A DNA stretch of 64,000 nt from NCBI GenBank assembly GCA_050250255.1, contig JBFWOZ010000007.1, positions 9,200-73,199 of the forward strand, written 5' to 3'. The DNA is from Bdellovibrionales bacterium. Its GTDB lineage: Bacteria; Bdellovibrionota; Bdellovibrionia; Bdellovibrionales; DASUEL01. Shown here one piece after another: positions 61,238-64,000 of this stretch; position 1 is the stretch's first letter, and the number at the start of each line of letters is the position of its first letter. The notes below the pieces were generated by a model, which was not told where the DNA came from, did no database searches, and was given only the letters and a program-made list of their open reading frames with translations. The translations under genes were made by a program, and so were the position numbers.

Positions 61238-62560
61238 TTACTTCGCGCTATCAATAATCGCTTCGAGATCTTTTACTTCCTTTGGACAAGTCGAGGTCAT
61301 GTTCTCATGGCCGGTATCGGTGACAAGAATGTTGTCTTCGATACGAACGCCGAGACCGCGTAAGTGGGCTGGCGCCGTCATGTCATCGACGGGTACGTAA
61401 AGTCCGGGCTCCACCGTGAAGACCATTCCGCTTTCAAGAGGTCGTGAAGGCCCGTCTTTTTTGTAAAGACCGGCATCGTGCACATCCATGCCGAGCCAAT
61501 GAGAGACACCGTGTGGATAATATTTTTTGTAATTGAGTTGCTCAATATTTTGCTGAACGGTTCCTTTAAGAAGGCCAAGTTCAAGCATGTGTTCCGTGAG
61601 CATTTCGATCGTTGTGTCCTGTAGAGTTTTGAAAACGACACCTGGACGAATCATTGATACCAAATGTTTTTGTACAGTGAGCACTCGGTCATAAAAATCT
61701 TTTTGCACGGGCGTGAATTTTCCATTCACCGGATAAGTACGAGTGATGTCGCCGGTGTAGTAGTTGTACTCGGCACCCATATCGACAAGGAGAAGATCTC
61801 CAGACTTACATTCTTGATCGTTGAACACATAGTGAAGGGTGGTGGCAGACGCACCGGAAGCCACGATGGATCCATAACCGTTACGTGGAGAACCGAGCAT
61901 GCGGAATTCATGTTCAATCACCGCTTGTACTTGGCGCTCGTTGACTCCGGGTTTGCAGTATTTCATTCCGGCAATGTGTCCTTCGGCAGAAATACGACAG
62001 GCTTTTCTCATCCACTCTGCTTCGACAGCAGTTTTCTTTAAACGCATTTCGCCAAGAAGCTCGGTGACATCCCAAATCGGTAAAATTCCAGAGCCGCTGC
62101 GGCCTTGGCTCGCGCGAGTTGTTTCGATGGCACTACGAAATTTTTTATCAAAGTCATTGTTAAGAAAGAGGCGGTAATAAACTCGATCTACATCGGCTAG
62201 TAGTTTAGGAAGTTCTGTTTCGATTTCATCGTAGGTGTAGGATTTATCAGCACCAAAACTTTTCATGGCGCCTTCAGGGCCGTAACGAAATCCATCCCAT
62301 GTTTCACGAAGAGGATCTTTGTTTCTTACGAAGAGAACATACTCTGGATCTTTCTTCGGGCGAAAAACGAGAACAGATTCTGGTTCTTCAAACCCAGTCA
62401 GATAAAGAAAATGACTATCCTGTCGATAAGGGTGATGAACGTCGTGATTACGAATCATGTCGGGGTGAGCGGCCATAATGATGGCAGCACCCTCGGCTTT
62501 AGAGGCGAGAGAGTGGCGACGATCTTTAAAGATTTTCATATCAAAACTTGGCTGTCTCAT
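61238..62560 (-). CDS. pepP: Xaa-Pro aminopeptidase (M24B)
   Basis: LLVDMGAEYNYYTGDITRT, HGVSHWLGMDVHD, VFTVEPGLY and GVRIEDN are the M24B metal-ligand blocks. 440 aa. Confidence 0.85.
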   Translation of the reverse strand: MRQPSFDMKIFKDRRHSLASKAEGAAIIMAAHPDMIRNHDVHHPYRQDSHFLYLTGFEEPESVLVFRPKKDPEYVLFVRNKDPLRETWDGFRYGPEGAMKSFGADKSYTYDEIETELPKLLADVDRVYYRLFLNNDFDKKFRSAIETTRASQGRSGSGILPIWDVTELLGEMRLKKTAVEAEWMRKACRISAEGHIAGMKYCKPGVNERQVQAVIEHEFRMLGSPRNGYGSIVASGASATTLHYVFNDQECKSGDLLLVDMGAEYNYYTGDITRTYPVNGKFTPVQKDFYDRVLTVQKHLVSMIRPGVVFKTLQDTTIEMLTEHMLELGLLKGTVQQNIEQLNYKKYYPHGVSHWLGMDVHDAGLYKKDGPSRPLESGMVFTVEPGLYVPVDDMTAPAHLRGLGVRIEDNILVTDTGHENMTSTCPKEVKDLEAIIDSAK

Positions 62561-63486
62561 AGTCTAAACTCCGTGGCCATTTTCTTTGCCGCAGCGGCGC
62601 CGAACTCTTGGCCAAATATCACAAAGGATTCTTTTGCATCGTAATCAAGAATATCAAAGTTGCGTGTGTGAACGCCGATCACCCAGTTTACTCCGCGAGG
62701 TGGGGAGTTTAGTTGACGAACTCCTTCCCACCAGAGTGTTTGTACTTGGTCTTCGTTCTTTACGCGTTCTTCTTTTAAAACTGTGCCACGTGCGAGTACG
62801 TTCACAAAAATCACAACTTCTGCGCCCTGATCTCTTAACCACTGAGCGGCTTCTTCCACATGAAATGCGGCTGCCATCCAACCTTGAGTGGATGTGAAGT
62901 AAGGCGGGAAGGACATGCACTTTTCAAGAGCTGATTTGTAAGTCCCATTGGTCCATATGCGTGTCTTACCGTTTTTTAACAGCATGCTAGGACAACCGAA
63001 TTTAATCGTCGCGTTTTGAATTTGTGAACTCGCAAAGGCCTGATCAAAAAACGGAGTGATTTGTCGAATCGAAGTCGGTGCTAAGTCGCCACCTAAAAAA
63101 CCCTTTGCCGGTAAGTTATTTTTCTTAAGTTTTGTAAGTTGCCATTCAAGATCGTTGGCTTTTCCTTTTTGCGAATAAGCGGCGGCGATTAAAGATCCCC
63201 ACTCCAAACCGACGATGGCATGTACCGGAATATTTTGTTTTTCAAATTCTCTTAAGACGCCCACGTGTGCGAAGGACTTCATTCCGCCCGGGCCTAAAAT
63301 AAAGCCAATTTTAGGGACTTGGCCTGGCTGAAAAACAGGAGCGGTAGGACTTTCTTCTTCGGGAACATTTGAGGGGTAAGAGGGGCCGGTTGTTCCGTTT
63401 CTTTTTTGAGCTTTACTGCAGGCGAAGGATGTAAAAATCAATAAAAGTAGAAGGAGAGAAGTCAGTTTTTTCATAGCGCCCATCAT
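62557..63486 (-). CDS. patatin-like phospholipase-fold lipoprotein, nucleophile motif altered
   Basis: Lipobox SFAC. GFILGPGGMKSFAHVGVLREFEK is the oxyanion-type block. AIVGLEWGSLIAAAYS sits where patatins have G-x-S-x-G, with Glu in place of Ser. ATGA overlap with pepP. Confidence 0.6.
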   Translation of the reverse strand: MMGAMKKLTSLLLLLLIFTSFACSKAQKRNGTTGPSYPSNVPEEESPTAPVFQPGQVPKIGFILGPGGMKSFAHVGVLREFEKQNIPVHAIVGLEWGSLIAAAYSQKGKANDLEWQLTKLKKNNLPAKGFLGGDLAPTSIRQITPFFDQAFASSQIQNATIKFGCPSMLLKNGKTRIWTNGTYKSALEKCMSFPPYFTSTQGWMAAAFHVEEAAQWLRDQGAEVVIFVNVLARGTVLKEERVKNEDQVQTLWWEGVRQLNSPPRGVNWVIGVHTRNFDILDYDAKESFVIFGQEFGAAAAKKMATEFRL

Positions 63487-63534
63487 AATCCTATTGGACT
63501 CGACTTAAAAGCACTTTTGTTTTACATTTAGTCT

Positions 63535-64000
63535 ATGGCAGTGAGAAATATATTGCGCATGGGTCATCCCGTTCTAAGGCAAAAAGCTCGAGAACTCAAA
63601 AAAAAGGAGATTCTCTCTCCCGCCATTCAAACTCTCATCAAAGATATGATAGAAACGATGCACGACGCTGATGGCGTTGGTATTGCTGCGCCTCAAGTGG
63701 GCGAGTCTCTTCAGCTTTCGGTGATTGAATTTGGCGACGATAACCCTCGTTACCAGGATTTTGGAGCGCAGGGACTTACGGTTTTTATCAATCCCGTACT
63801 CACGGTTGTGGATAAAAAAGAGCAATCATTTTGGGAGGGTTGTCTCTCGGTTCCAGATTTGCGTGGGCTTGTTCATCGACCAAGAAAAGTGAAAGTCACT
63901 TATCTTGATGAGAAAGGCGAAAAGCAAGAGCTCGAAGCCGAAGGTTTTTTAGCGACGGTTCTTCAACATGAGTTTGATCATCTTGATGGAGTTCTGTACA
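63535..64000 (+). CDS. def: peptide deformylase, N-terminal ~155 aa (gene runs off the right edge)
   Basis: Own translation from ATG 63535 gives MAVRNILRMGHPVLRQKA...GVGIAAPQVG (motif 1), EGCLSVP (motif 2) and QHEFDHLDG (motif 3). The frame is open to position 64000. Confidence 0.9.
   Translation, partial: MAVRNILRMGHPVLRQKARELKKKEILSPAIQTLIKDMIETMHDADGVGIAAPQVGESLQLSVIEFGDDNPRYQDFGAQGLTVFINPVLTVVDKKEQSFWEGCLSVPDLRGLVHRPRKVKVTYLDEKGEKQELEAEGFLATVLQHEFDHLDGVLY

Overview
The window is a 64-kb, gene-dense chromosomal segment of a Gram-negative bacterium. All annotation was done by eye from the ORF translations and the raw sequence, with no searches. The taxon cannot be fixed. The many secreted hydrolases and lipoproteins, an RRM-type RNA-binding protein and a prkA triad are reminiscent of Bdellovibrio-like or deltaproteobacterial lineages, at low confidence. 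I support about 70 protein genes.

Housekeeping genes:
- fadE (partial), mreB, glpD, secA, trmL, fabI, pepP and def (partial).
- The prkA-yeaH-spoVR stress triad.
- A tesA-ybbA-ybbP-like unit and an lpoB-like gene.
- S8, M17 and M28 peptidases.
- One vapBC pair and one decayed toxin-antitoxin (TA) locus.

I found no rRNA, tRNA, CRISPR array, transposase or integrase.

Most interesting observations:
1. A 267-bp mirror-symmetric control region lies at 59317-59583, between divergent amino-sugar and glycosyltransferase genes. Its 27-bp perfect inverted termini read outward as identical sigma70-like promoters, giving apparently leaderless mRNAs. Its interior holds nested 20-bp palindromes and two reverse-complementary 56-nt modules with compensatory stem changes.
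2. A second, related 180-bp palindromic element lies at 10419-10598. It fills the gap in front of a nagB-like gene and shares a GCGCCTCAATT(T)TCTA motif with the first element.
3. A translationally coupled minus-strand operon spans 14622-21266 and possibly extends to 23671. It combines kynB, amnBA-type 2-aminophenol dioxygenase subunits (the alpha subunit fused to a RidA/AmnD-type deaminase), an amnC-type aldehyde dehydrogenase, an asparaginase-II-family amidohydrolase and a luciferase-like monooxygenase. This looks like a non-canonical aminoaromatic or kynurenine route.
4. mreB is followed by a truncated sigma-like protein, a zf-HC2 anti-sigma factor and an orphan histidine kinase, all tightly coupled, instead of mreCD.
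5. There are several clusters of uncharacterised secreted proteins and several likely pseudo-enzymes: GcvH without the lipoyl lysine, patatin without the nucleophile, and an SDR without Tyr/Lys.

All functional calls rest on remembered family motifs and need HMM or BLAST confirmation.
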